Shown piece after piece: positions 37,533 through 49,176 of a stretch of 64,000 nucleotides of DNA. Source of the DNA: Lepidodermella squamata (lineage: Eukaryota > Animalia > Gastrotricha); NCBI GenBank assembly GCA_047495785.1, contig JBLDXI010000033.1, positions 1,736,001 to 1,800,000 of the forward strand, in the 5' to 3' direction. Position 1 is the stretch's first letter. Every line of letters starts with the position of its first letter. Both the position numbers and the translations under genes were made by a program. Below the pieces are notes generated by a model. The model searched no databases. It was not told where the DNA came from and saw only the letters and a program-made list of their open reading frames with translations.

Positions 37533-40500
37533 ATGACTGACAAAAAAGCTGCGGCGGTACCAGAAAATGAAGGTTCCTTCAAGGATCTCGCCAAAGCCAT
37601 CTTAGACCGAATCGTTTCTGATCCCAACTCCGAGGAATATACATTTCCATCATGCCTCACCGCGAAGCAGCGGGCCTATATCCACCGGCTTTGCCACTCG
37701 GCGTACAGCGGACAAGTGGCGACCCGCAGTTCGGGGAAAGGAAACAACAGAAGCCTTCATGTTTGGCTGAAAAAGAGCTCCACGGCCATGGCTAACGTTA
37801 GCTCTAGCTATTTCGACGTCAGCATTTCGCCAGCCAGCCTTCAGCACATGCAGGTTATTCTAACGAGGTCGCCGCTAACAGCGAAAGAACGAGCCGAATG
37901 CTCAACTGCCCTTGACAAATTTATTGCCGCCGAAATGCCGAGTGATTTCACGCGATCGGCTTCAGGCCAGCTTTCGACCGGTTTAGCCCAGGTTCCACCT
38001 CAATTACCGACTCAGTTAACGGTCGAGCGTCAAATGGGCATGACGCTACCCATCCAGCGTTACCGTGAGCAAATCTTAGATGCCGTTGACAGGAATCAAG
38101 TTGTGATTATTACGGGCGAGCCTGGTTGTGGTAAAACTACCCAAGTTCCTCAAATGATTTTGGACCGATGCAGCGAAAAGGGTCTGCCTTGCCGTATTGT
38201 TTGCACCCAGCCACGCCGAGTCGCGGCAGTTTCGGTAGCCGCTCGAGTTTCGACAGAGCGTAATGAGAAAATCGGCAATTCGATTGGTTACCAAATCCGA
38301 TTGGAAAGCCGAGTGTCACCGAAAACCGTTCTTACATTTTGCACCACCGGTGTGTTCCTGCGTACGATCATGTCTGGTGTCGATACTGTCGGGAAAACAG
38401 TTACTCACATTTTCATCGACGAAGTCCATGAGCGGGATAGATATTGCGACTTCCTCTTGATCGCAATCCGAGATATTTTATCCCGTTACCCAAAGTTGCG
38501 AGTGATCTTGATGTCAGCTACCATTCAGGCCGATCTGTTTTCAAGTTATTTCAATAACTGTCCGATTATTACTGTGCCTGGCAGGTCGTTCGAGGTTACC
38601 GAGTTTTATTTGGAAGATATTCTGGAGAAAACCAGTCATTTAGCGATGCTGAGATCGAGCAGTTCAGTTAATACCCAAATGATGGCAATGCTTTACGGCT
38701 TCGATGGTCCGGTCGATGAGTCGAACCAAATTGTTTCTCACATTCAGCATCAAGCCACCTCAGCTGATGCGGCTGATATGGATCGTTTGCTATATGCCGC
38801 TTTTACGAATACTCTCGACGATCCGTCAATTAAATCGATGATGGAATTGATTTTGGATCAGCGCGTCGATGTCAACTATCGGCATTCGGAAACGGGTATA
38901 ACCGCCTTAATGGTTGCGGCTCAACGCGGTCAATTGGAGCTGGTGAAGAATCTAGTTAATGATTTGGGCGCCGATTGTTCTCTTACCGCTAATTACGGCT
39001 GGACCGCTGTAGATATGGCTCAACATTTCGGTCAAGTTGCTGTCGCTCAGTTTTTGAAAGACCGTCTCAAGCTTGCTGAGAAGAGCGTGACTTCGAAGAC
39101 TGAGCCACCTCCCGAGCACAATTTAGTCGCTGAATATCATCGATTGTTTGAGGGTTACAACCTCACGAAACCGAAATCCATGGATCATCGTTTGGTTTTC
39201 ACGGTGATCAAATTGGTCCATCAAACAGCTGCCATTGAGGGGGCAATTTTGGTTTTTGTTCCCGGTTACGAAGATATCACCATTTTGCGTCAAATGCTGC
39301 TGAATGATCAGGATTTAATTCGAGGCAATACTCGGATTCAGCTGTTCACCCTGCATTCGCAAATGCAGTCTTCTGAGCAATTCCGCGTTTTCCGAAGACC
39401 CCCACCGAATATGAGAAAAGTCGTCCTATCAACTAACATCGCTGAAACCGGCATTACGATCGACGACATCGTCTTCGTGATCGACACTGGTCTAGTCAAG
39501 GAGAAGTCGTTTGACGCGACTGTTGGAGCGCACGCTTTGGAACTGCGATGGCTGTCTCGGGCCAGTGCAAGCCAGCGGCGAGGCCGCGCTGGTCGTTGCC
39601 AATCCGGTGTCTGCTATCGCTTGTACTCCCGTCGGCAGTTTGCGATGATGCCAGAAAATGATACGGCCGAAATTCTGCGCACGCCTCTTCACGAACTATG
39701 TTTGCAGGTATGAGATTTTTTTTAATATTTAAGGAGGATTTGAATTAATATTTGTTTTTAGGCCAAACTTCTGGCTCCGGTGAGTGACGGCAGTATCATT
39801 GGGTTTCTGAGTCGGGCTCCTGATCCGGTACCTGCTGAACAGACAGCGGCAGCTGTGACGTTACTGAAGCAAATTGAGGCCTTGGATTGTTTTGAAGAGC
39901 TGACCGAATTCGGCCATCACATTGTTGACCTCGCGATTCCACCTCAACTTGCGAAAATGGTTCTCTACTCGATTGTGCTGAAGTGCCTCGACCCGGTGCT
40001 TACCATCGCCTGCATCCTGGCCTACAAAGATCCGTTCATTTTGCCGCCGGGAGTTGAACAACGCCAGGCGCAGGCAATGTCTCGTCGCCGTTTTGAGGCC
40101 GGTGTCTTCTCGGACCACATGGCGCAGTTGAGATCGTTCCAAGCGTGGCAGGATGCGAAAGTCGATGGTTGGGAGGGAAATTTCTGCGAGCAGAACTTCC
40201 TGTCTCAATCGACGATGGACATGGTTGTTGGCATGCGGTCTCAGTTGCTTGGTCAGCTACGAGCCAGCGGTTTCGTCCGTGCCCGTGGCGTCTCCGATAT
40301 TCGTGATTTGAACTCAAATTCTGATAATTGGGCTGTGGTCAAAGCAGCTCTAGCCGCTGGCCTCTACCCTAACCTCGCCTATATCGATAAGGCGAAACGG
40401 CGGATTTCGACCGAAAAGCATCGACGTTGCCGGTTTCATGTCGGCTCAGTCTTCCGTCCAGGTCCTGGTATGACAGAGGGCACGAACATCGAGTCGATCC

Positions 40501-41847
40501 CGACGCAATTTTTGATTTACGACGAGCTGAGTCAAGCCGCTGGACTCACTCAAATTCGGGGTTGTACCGCCATCACAACAGCGACTGTTCTCTTGATCTG
40601 CGGACCAGCCCGCTTAGCCGATCTGGGTGCCGAAATTCCCGACGTTGCTTGCAGTGACGCTGACTCTGAGGACCAAAGTGTTCCTGCCCAGCAACCCCCG
40701 GCTATCAAAATCCCACCCGGTGCTATTGGCGACGAGCCTCCCGAGACGCCGTCTTCGGCCCCGCCTCACGATCACCGTTTCAGGATCGACAACTTCTTGA
40801 AGTTCAAGATTTCACCGCAAGCCGGGTCACTCGTTCGTCAGATGCGAGCTAAATTCCAAGCGCTAGTATTGCGCCGAATTCGAAGCCCGGGCAAGCAAAT
40901 GTCGTCGGCCGATGATGCCTTACTTCAAAAAGTCGTGCAAATCTTGTCCGCCGATGAGCAGCTTCTTGGTATTCCACCTCCGTCTGGTATCGGAAAACGA
41001 CCTCGTCCGATTGCCAACGAGGCTGTTCTGTCGACTGGAAATGACGATCCATCGGCCGAGCTGAGTAATATCACTTTTGAAGACCCGATTGACCAAATGC
41101 AGGCTCAACACTTGGCGCTGAGCTCCGTCTCTGCCGGTGGCGGATTGCACCACGGCTCCCCAAAGACCATGGTTTTGACCACTTCCCATTCAGCAACGAA
41201 TTTCAACTCGAGCCCTAAGCAGTCGGCTACTGGAGGTTCGAATACAGTAATGAAGGTATTCAGCCCGCCTCGTGTCGGTGCAAGTCGCGGCATGTTTGTT
41301 TTCGTTGTCTCTTGCCTGCGCAAATTGAGCGATTTTCACGAAGTTCGCCGCTCTGAAACGTGGAATGCCAGCGGACCTGACCAGGCCGCCAGATTTTCGA
41401 AAATTCTCGCTCAATCTGGAACAATCTACGTTCTTTTCGCTGTTGATTCTGCTGGAGGATTCAACGGGTCTGTTTTTCGATAAATTTTTGAGAACATTTT
41501 TAAGGTGGATTTTTTTCAGTTATGCTCGTTTGATGGCTCACATGTCTGGAACCTACTCGTTCAGGCTTCAGTGGATTCGAACGTGTTTGCTGCCTCAACA
41601 GCTCATCGCAGCCCGCTTGTCAGGCCCTCAGCTATTGTTTCTGAGGAATGGCGAAGCTCAGGCAGCTGCGGGTGATGGCGAGTCCTACGAATTGCCGCCC
41701 ACTGTTGGTCACACTTTGTTGCGCCTTTGGAGTCAACAGGTGGCGACAAATGCGGCTGGCAATGCTTCTCTGAATACGGCTGCGATTGACACGACCGAGT
41801 TGCTGCGATTGGTTAGTCAGCAAGCTGATTTCACCAACCAATTTTGA
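37533..41847 (+). CDS. YTHDC2: 3'-5' RNA helicase YTHDC2 (R3H, DEAH helicase with ankyrin insertion, HA2/OB, divergent YTH), 3 exons
   Basis: R3H QRAYIHRLC; GEPGCGKTTQ, DEVH, SAT, QRRGRAGR; ankyrin HSETGITALMVAA; SQLLGQLRASGFVRARG; YTH-like C-terminus. Confidence 0.93.
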
Positions 41848-42439
41848 GAGTGAAAGAAAGTCAAATTGAAGGATTTTAGCCTGATTTGTTGATTGGCTGG
41901 ATTGATTATATGAGAACTTGCTTTTTGTTTTCTACCCTTTTTGAGTTTCATTATATGTACTCCGTGTGCAACTTTGCTCAAGAAACAACCTATATTCATA
42001 CCCCTAACAAAACTCTTCTTGCCTGTAAACAATGAGGTATTCAAAATTGCTGTTCTATTTACGCAAAAGTGATGGTTTTTAGATTCTATATATAATACCT
42101 GGTGCCTTGTGCCATTCATTTGAGAGTTGATTATTTGCAATGTATCATACAACAAATTATTAGCCGTATCTATATTAGGGTACCGCTCGCGTACTTTCCC
42201 GCTCATCTTTCTCCTCATCCGATTGAACAATCTTCAGCTTTCGTTGTGTACATAACGCTATCATGGCCGCGCTTTATGCGCTCAGTGTCTCTTCTTTCTT
42301 TTGCATGATTTCTTGATTTTCAAAAAATCTTTCACGATGCTTTAACCCAATAAAAAATACGTAAGGTCGCATCGGGTTGTTTTATTTCGAGCTGGGTATC
42401 ATAAAATTCACCGGAATCTCAGGTTATTTCAGTCTGCTT

Positions 42440-43321
42440 TTACTGGCTTGGAACATCCTTAACACCTCCAACCTGCTGACACATGTGATAACGGATGTTA
42501 GTCGACATCGATTCAATGTCTCGTTTCGCGCTCTTCGGGCTCAGAACAACAACATCGAGCCCAGTGTAGGCTGCCCCAGCGTTCAGGCTCCATTTACCAA
42601 TATCGACAATAAGTCTCTGCCCGCTCGGAGCGACTTGGTTGGGGTTGGCTTTCTGAGCTCCGTCGCTGATAAGTGTAACAAATTTGAACGACGAAGGCGC
42701 GGGGACAGTGTTATTCATAGGCAGGCCCTTGGATCTAGCTTGAAACGCCGCTTTAATCATGGCGACCAGCGGTACTTTCTTGTTCTTTTTGTTCGCATTT
42801 CTGTCGGGCTTAGCGCGGCCATTGCCACCCCTGCGACCCATTGCAGTCGTTGGAGCGGCGGTCGTTGGAGCAGCCGTAGTCACAGTTTGGTTATCAGTAT
42901 TTTCTTTGAAATAGTACAGGTTAGTTCCATCCAAAATTGCGACGTAAAACTAAAGAGAAAACAATATTTTTAGGGCAACATTTTAGGAAATAAATGGCTT
43001 TACATCTTCGGGTTTAATGTCACTGCCAACTCGCCCGATCAATTTAGAAATAGGACCCAAATACGGGCTATCTTTAGCATTGCCCTGTTTTCCTCGGCCA
43101 TTAACAGGAGCCGTTGAGGCATTTTCTTTGGCTAGGTCAAGAACAATAGCAAATTTCGAGCCAGCAGCAGCCGAAGTGAAGCATTGCTGCAAAGCTAGAT
43201 CGATTCCTTCCAGTGGCTTTTTATTGTCACCGCCCCTCTGCCGTCCGTTGTCACCTGGTTTGGCCTCCGATCCAAGAAAAGCACACAGGGCTACCAGTAG
43301 CACAATTTCAAAACGCATCAT
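42440..43321 (-). CDS. Secreted basic protein with possible degenerate vWA-like fold (2 exons)
   Basis: Signal peptide MRFEIVLLVALCAFLGSEA; strands FAIVLD and VTLISDG; TTAAP repeats; TATA-like element ~65 nt upstream; short GT-AG intron joins the two ORFs. Confidence 0.6.
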
Positions 43322-44730
43322 TTCTGAATTAGTTTAACGACCACGAAAAGTAGGTATATAACTTTTTCCGTGAATTTACTCCTTTATATAAGCTATAATG
43401 CTTACGCAGGGAAACAGTCGCGTTGGCAGATGAGCACGTTTTTGTCACGACCCAGGAATGCATGCATATGAAAGTTAATTAGCATTAACATTTCGTTTGG
43501 CTTGTTGTTTTGTATTTTTTTCAGTGCCGCATCGAACTCATGCCCCCAATCTCCGGGAGGCAAATTAATTCACTGCGCAGTAGTGATATGTGTTTATGGC
43601 AGCTACAAAATCGAAAATATCATGATAAACCACTCTGGCATTAATGGACTGGTCATCTTAATTATTATTCTAGAATCATCCCCATCAAAAATAAGATATG
43701 ACGACCATTACTAGCGCTGACAAGACTTGAAAATGCCTAGAAATCCTTAGCAATAGCGACTACTTCTGGACATTTCCAAGGTTTTTTCCTGGTTTTGGGA
43801 AATTTCCAGCGGGCTCTGTTTCCCAGTTTTGCCGGTTTTGTAACACCAAGCCTGCATGACCTTTGGAAATACTGATTAATCATGGTTTGACACCAATATT
43901 CGACACAAATAGCTTGCGTTTGGTGCCAAGTTTAAAAACTTTATCCTGTTTATCCCCGAATGCCGTGAATACTCACGTGAATACCGTGAAGTCGTGATTT
44001 CAAACTTAAGGAAATCTCGCTCCGGGTTCGAGAAGGCCGCGTGTCCACGTCCTTTGGCCTTTGTGTAACCCGTTATCGATTGATATGCACAGGCCTGATC
44101 CATATAATGTCTAAAATTATTCATCAAAGGGGTTACAGCGTGTTTATAAAAAAGCCGGGCCACTGCAACAATATCCTTGCTACTGCGCGCTATCGATTTT
44201 TTCGCGGACATGCGGTTTCAGCAACAAAACTGCCGGTTTTTTATGGTCATTCTCGAATAAAATATGTCAGTTTTCATTGTGAGCGTTGGAATTCACGGCA
44301 AGCTGTGCTGCAAGATGACGAGATTCGAACTCGGGGTCCAATAACTTCTCGTACCTCATGCTCGTATCTGGTCGGAGCCGGGTTGCTCCCGTGTCTTGAT
44401 ACTTGATAAAACTAAACTTTGAATGCAACATTGCTCCTCGCAATAATTATTAATCGATATTTCAAATTTAATTATTGAGATTCATGACAGCGGTCATAAC
44501 TCGTTATTAATGGATGAAAACGATTGAATAATGTTCCCGTCAAAAGTAAAAATAAATCGATTGATTTGAATGCAGCAATCGCGTGGGCTTCAAAAACGTC
44601 AAAAACGCGCCACGTTGAAGCCGTGAAAACAAAGGTTCTTTTGCCTCACAAGGTATTTGAGTCGCGTGTGATCTAAAAGCACGAGCCGATAATGGCTGTG
44701 TTTGTGAACCTTGATCGCGTGGCACAGGGC

Positions 44731-44738
44731 CTATAAAT
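44731..44738 (+). promoter_or_regulatory. TATA box of the sHSP-like gene
   Basis: CTATAAAT after a GC-rich stretch, ~115 nt upstream of ATG 44848. Confidence 0.5.
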
Positions 44739-44847
44739 TGCGATTTATTTTCTCGATTTAATCATCACCTGCTTTTGCAATTTAAAGCTCATAGCAATCT
44801 TCTCGCTTTCATTTTCGTTCGTGTTTTGATCATTCTCTAACTTCAAA

Positions 44848-46197
44848 ATGGCCTGCTCTTACACCTCGATCCCCTCGACCTTCGCTGCTGCTGCTGGATA
44901 CACCAGCCCGATCAACGTCGAGAGCCTGCTCCGCAACAAGGTCGACATCTACTCGCCGTCGTCTGTTGAGCGCAGCCTCCTCAACGCCGCCGTCCTGACC
45001 CCGTTCGCCGCCGCTGGCATCCACAACGTCAACGCCTTCGCCTCGTCCCCGATCGCCTACAACAACGCCGCCCTGTTCGCTGGCGCTGCTGCCTCGCCGA
45101 TCGAGTGCGGAGCCGAGACCGGCCGCGTCTTCGGTGCCGAGTGCGGTGCCCAGCTGGCCGCCATCGTCGCCGCCCGCCTCAACACCTTCGTCGGCCAGGA
45201 GGTGGCCGTCCGCATCGGCGCCCAGTGGGGAGCCGAGATGTGCGCCAAGCTGGGTGCCGAGCTCGCCGTCAAGCTCGTCAACGGCTGGCCGGTCGAGCAG
45301 TGCGCCCGCTGGTGCTACACCTTCGGAGCCGAGCACGGCGCTGAACTGGGTGCCATCATCGCCCAGCGCCTGGGTGCCATCTACACCGCCGAGTTCGCCG
45401 CCCGCATCGGCGCCGAGCTCTTCGCCGACGTCTGCGCCAAGCAGTGCTACGTCATCGCCGCCCGCGTCGCCGAGTCGCGCTTCGGTGCTGCCCCCAACAC
45501 CTGGAACGCCGCCCGCCGCGCCAACAACTGGACCGGCTCGTTCGAGCGCTTCGGTGGCATCAACTACCCGACCACCTTCGGCTCCTTCGGTGCCAACACC
45601 TGGTCGAACACCCTGTCGGCTGACAACAAGCTGTACAACATCGCCTTCCGCCCGTCCTCCGAGGTCGAGCTCTACACCCTGACCCACCCGATCCGCATGA
45701 TCGACGTCGAGGGCAACCGCCAGCTGTACTTGTGCTTCGAGCTCAAGGGCTTCAAGCCTGAGGAAGTCACCGTCACCCTGAACAAGGCCGAGCGCGCCGT
45801 CGTCGTCGAGGCTGCCCACGAGGCCAAGGACGGCAAGGAGCACACCGTCGCCCGCAAGTACTCGCGCAAGTTCGTCCTGCCCGAGGTTAGTTAATCATTG
45901 AGCATTCAGTCATCACCTATTTAAATGTTAATTCCATCTTTCTAGACCCTTGCCAAGATCGACCTGACCAAGGTTGAGCTCAAGTCGTGCCTGACCCAGG
46001 AGGGCCACCTCGTCGTCGAGTGCCAGCTGCCGAAGATGACCACCGAGGAGATCGCCAAGTGCCCGACCATGTCCGAGCTGTACAACAAGCTGCCCGCCTT
46101 CGGAGGCTTCAACGCCGCCGTCCAGGCCTTCGGCGGCATCAACGGCGTCAACTGCCACGTCAACGCCGTCAAGCCCGTCACCGTCAAGACCGCCTAA
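44848..46197 (+). CDS. Small heat-shock (alpha-crystallin domain) protein with long repeat-containing N-terminal extension (exons 44848-45885, 45946-46197)
   Basis: LCFELKGFKPEEVTVTL...VVVEAAHE...VARKYSRKFVLPE|TLAKIDLTKVELKSCLTQEGHLVVECQLP; extreme C/G third-position bias. Confidence 0.85.
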
Positions 46198-46612
46198 ATG
46201 AAAGCCACATCCAAAGAGAAGATGAGCACTAATGCGCAATGCTAAAGAACTTTGCTTGAGAAAAATTGTGATACCATTCGATGTGATAATCTTGTGTTAT
46301 TCGCAGCTTTCCTCGAGACAGTAAAACAAGAGATGTTGCGTAAACGAGGTTTCGTATTTAAGGTTTCATCCAAGGTTTCCTGTGACTTAGCGGAGAGTTC
46401 AGTTTCAGTTGAAGATGATGGGTACCAAATCAGCAGGGTGAAAGTTCGCCTCCACGCCATGCAACACTTTTTGCACCAAGCTTAAATAATTTCTCCTTAA
46501 AATAAATATTCAAGTAGTCCTAATGGAATAACTTCACCCAAGTCCAGAAGGGGGTTGTCAACTTTTTCCAGAAATAATTTAAGATCATACTTCTTGGGAT
46601 CAATACTATTAC

Positions 46613-46680
46613 TATAGTATATAATATAATACTATATAATATATAATATAATATAATATAATATAATACTATATAATACA
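46613..46680. repeat. (TATAA)n microsatellite
   Basis: Imperfect tandem ATATA/ATACT pentamers. Confidence 0.85.
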
Positions 46681-46897
46681 ATACTTTATTAAGTTTTGCC
46701 CCAACGTCAGCCTCATCTGACGACAAACCCAAACCGCGATGATGAGGCGTGGTGACTGGCCCTGAGCGCGAACTTGGCCGCACGAGTCTAGCGAACCTCA
46801 CCGGTAGCTGGTCTCGAGGCGGCCGTTGATGAACGTTCCGGCCTGGTGGCTTTTAATTAGCCCCACTTCCGGAGGGGTCAGTCGCTTTCAGAGCGGA
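46675..46897 (+). ncRNA. U3 snoRNA-like RNA (divergent 5' domain)
   Basis: Box C' GATGATGA (46738-46745), box B GAGCGCGAA (46764-46772), box C TGATGA (46827-46832), box D-like CAGA (46889-46892), terminal CCGC/GCGG stem and the three internal stems of the U3 3' domain; ATACTTT near the 5' end. Confidence 0.7.
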
Positions 46898-47745
46898 TTT
46901 TCTAATGATAAACAAAACGTAATTTCAAAAATGGTATTTTCATCTCAGAATATCAACTTGGAGCTTTGAGAAATAATTTCAAGGTTGCAGGTAGATAACA
47001 AAGAAGGGTAATATAATTACCTAGATTACTTGTCATGAAATGAGATAATATCGTAAGTTATTAAGAAACGATGACATCCGAATATTCAAAGTCACTTTTT
47101 AGCATGAATGAGCTTCTTCTTAAATTTTGTATCTTGATGCTTAGCGGTCCGATTCATCTTAAATCGGTATTGGACAAAAATTGTAGTCATTTCGATTAAT
47201 CTGCGCTCATGCAAGGCAAGTGATGTGGCAAGTGATTTATTTTGTGAAGCTTCTTCGGTGTGGAGATTCTGAGGGATGGTTTCGAGCATTTGGATATCGA
47301 AAACCATTCCTCGAATTCGTGTTCCTCCTGTAAACGGCCGGAAATATTTCTTATCAATTTTCCGAATTTATTGATAAAAAATTACACGGCGGTCATCGGG
47401 TGAAAAGCAGACAGGATAAAACAAAGAGGACCGTTCCTGATTTGTTGTAGGCTCAATGATGACTTGTGAAGCGTGAAGCAGCTAGAAAACTTGTTCAAAT
47501 TATTATGATTTATGAGGATGGTGTTTGGATTTATCAATCCAATTGCGAATTGAAAATCCGAAGAATTTCAATACTGTTAACTAATTAGCCGGACTGATAT
47601 AATACGCTCGAATTTAATTACTTGCCGCGCTTCTAGATATGACGATTAAAGTATATAAGAAGGGTGGATATTGAAGAAACAATCATCGAGCTCCATTCCA
47701 GTTTTAATCAATATTTAATTTTCGCTCAAATATCAACCCATAAAG

Positions 47746-48360
47746 ATGCGCGCTGTTTTTGCTTTCGCTGCTGTTGTTCTTTTGGCTCTCGGTAAATTTT
47801 AGCTTTGAAGACGTCGTTAGATATGATATTTTTACTCATATGGTCCAATAATCAAACTCATTTTCATTCTTTTAGCTTTCTCCGAAGCCGAGGCTGGCCG
47901 CGGTAACAAGGGCAAAGGCGTGTCGAAGAGCATCTCAAAGAGCGTCTCCATCAGCGTGTCGTACAACCGGCAGCCGAAGAAGCACGCGATGAAGAAGCGC
48001 CCGGCGAAGAAGGCCTTCGTCGCTGGGCGCAAGCACCGCCGTGCCTCGTTCTCCAAGTCCGTGTCCGCGTCGGTGTCGGCCCGCACGAACAAGCACACCC
48101 GCAAGGTCTCCACCAAGAAGTTCATGCGCGTGCACAAGCGCGGATCCATGTCCGGCTCGTTCTCGCGATCGGGCTCCTTCGGCTACAACAACAAGGGCGG
48201 CAAGCGCCACGGTGGCAAGAAGTTCGGCGGCAAGAAGTTTGGTGGCAAGAAGGGCGGCAAGCACGGCAAGGGTCGCAAGGGCCACAAGAGCGGCAGCTAC
48301 TCGGCCTCCAACAACTTCTCTTACTCGGTTGCCGTCGAGACTGGTGCTGCTGCTGAGTAA
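47746..48360 (+). CDS. Secreted Lys/Ser/Gly-rich cationic protein with (Ser-X)n blocks (exons 47746-47791, 47876-48360)
   Basis: Spliced signal peptide MRAVFAFAAVVLLALAFSEAEA; TATATAAG at ~47652; strong codon bias; AATAAA downstream. Confidence 0.85.
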
Positions 48361-48576
48361 AGATTCGATCCGAAAAACTGTATTTCCTACGGATTCCTGT
48401 TGATCCAACTCTCCTTGATAATTTATTGGCGAAAGTCTGAATAAACGCTTAAATTTTCAAGTACTGTTGTTGTTGTAGTTGTTTGAACGCGAAGTTGAAA
48501 CTGCTAAGAATAGCACGAAGAGCTGCGTTCAATTGGAGACCTTATTGTTGAATACGACCCCAAGGACAATGAGCCA

Positions 48577-48648
48577 GCGTCAGTGGTGTAACGGTCAGCA
48601 TGGTTGCCTTCCAAGCAGCCGATCCGGGTTCGACTCCCGGCTGACGCA
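48577..48648 (+). tRNA. tRNA-Gly(TCC)
   Basis: Cloverleaf GCGTCAG/CTGACGC, anticodon loop CTTCCAA, GGTTCGACTCC, followed by a T-run terminator. Confidence 0.95.
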
Positions 48649-49094
48649 CATTTTTTGCATTTTTCTAATAATTTTTCATTTCATAAATTTTCTGAAATAA
48701 TAAGATTAATTCAGCGATACCTCATTTGAAGGCAACTGAAGGCGCGACAAATTTTCCGTGTTCAAAGTGTAGTATCTGTTCTTTATAATAATAATCTACA
48801 ACGCCCTCTATGTGGGGGCTTCAATATTAGCCTGATTTTTGGCTCCAAGGGCAGGCGTTTCCAGCCTGCTGGTCCCGCCCACGAGTCGGCCCGGTATTGC
48901 AGTGCTTCAGGCATTTGGCTCACCCTTTCAATGGGGCAAAAGCAATACAAAAACAAATCTCTTCTAATTTTACACTTCTCATTTAAGCGGAGGATGGTTG
49001 TTGAGTTCAGTAGCGGAGAATATAAAACTGTCAACGCGCCGCACTGTGAGGGATTTACTACATATTGCATCTATTGTCATCACAAAATATGAAA

Positions 49095-49176
49095 GCTGCT
49101 ATGCCCGAGTGGTTAAGGGGTCTGACTTGAAATCAGATGCGGTCTCCGCGCGTAGGTTCAAATCCTACTGGCAGCG
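49095..49176 (+). tRNA. tRNA-Ser(TGA)
   Basis: 82 nt, anticodon arm TCTGA-CTTGAAA-TCAGA, long variable arm, GGTTCAAATCC, discriminator G, T-run downstream. Confidence 0.95.

Noticed and set aside
43876-44406. Overlapping short ORFs between the secreted gene and the sHSP
   Set aside because: No recognisable domain, splice structure or codon bias.
44830-45843. 337-aa antisense ORF over the sHSP gene
   Set aside because: Expected shadow of extreme C/G third-position bias; no independent features.
47920-48360. Histone H1/protamine-like call for the Lys-rich ORF
   Set aside because: An upstream exon supplies an in-frame signal peptide and there is no H1 globular domain.
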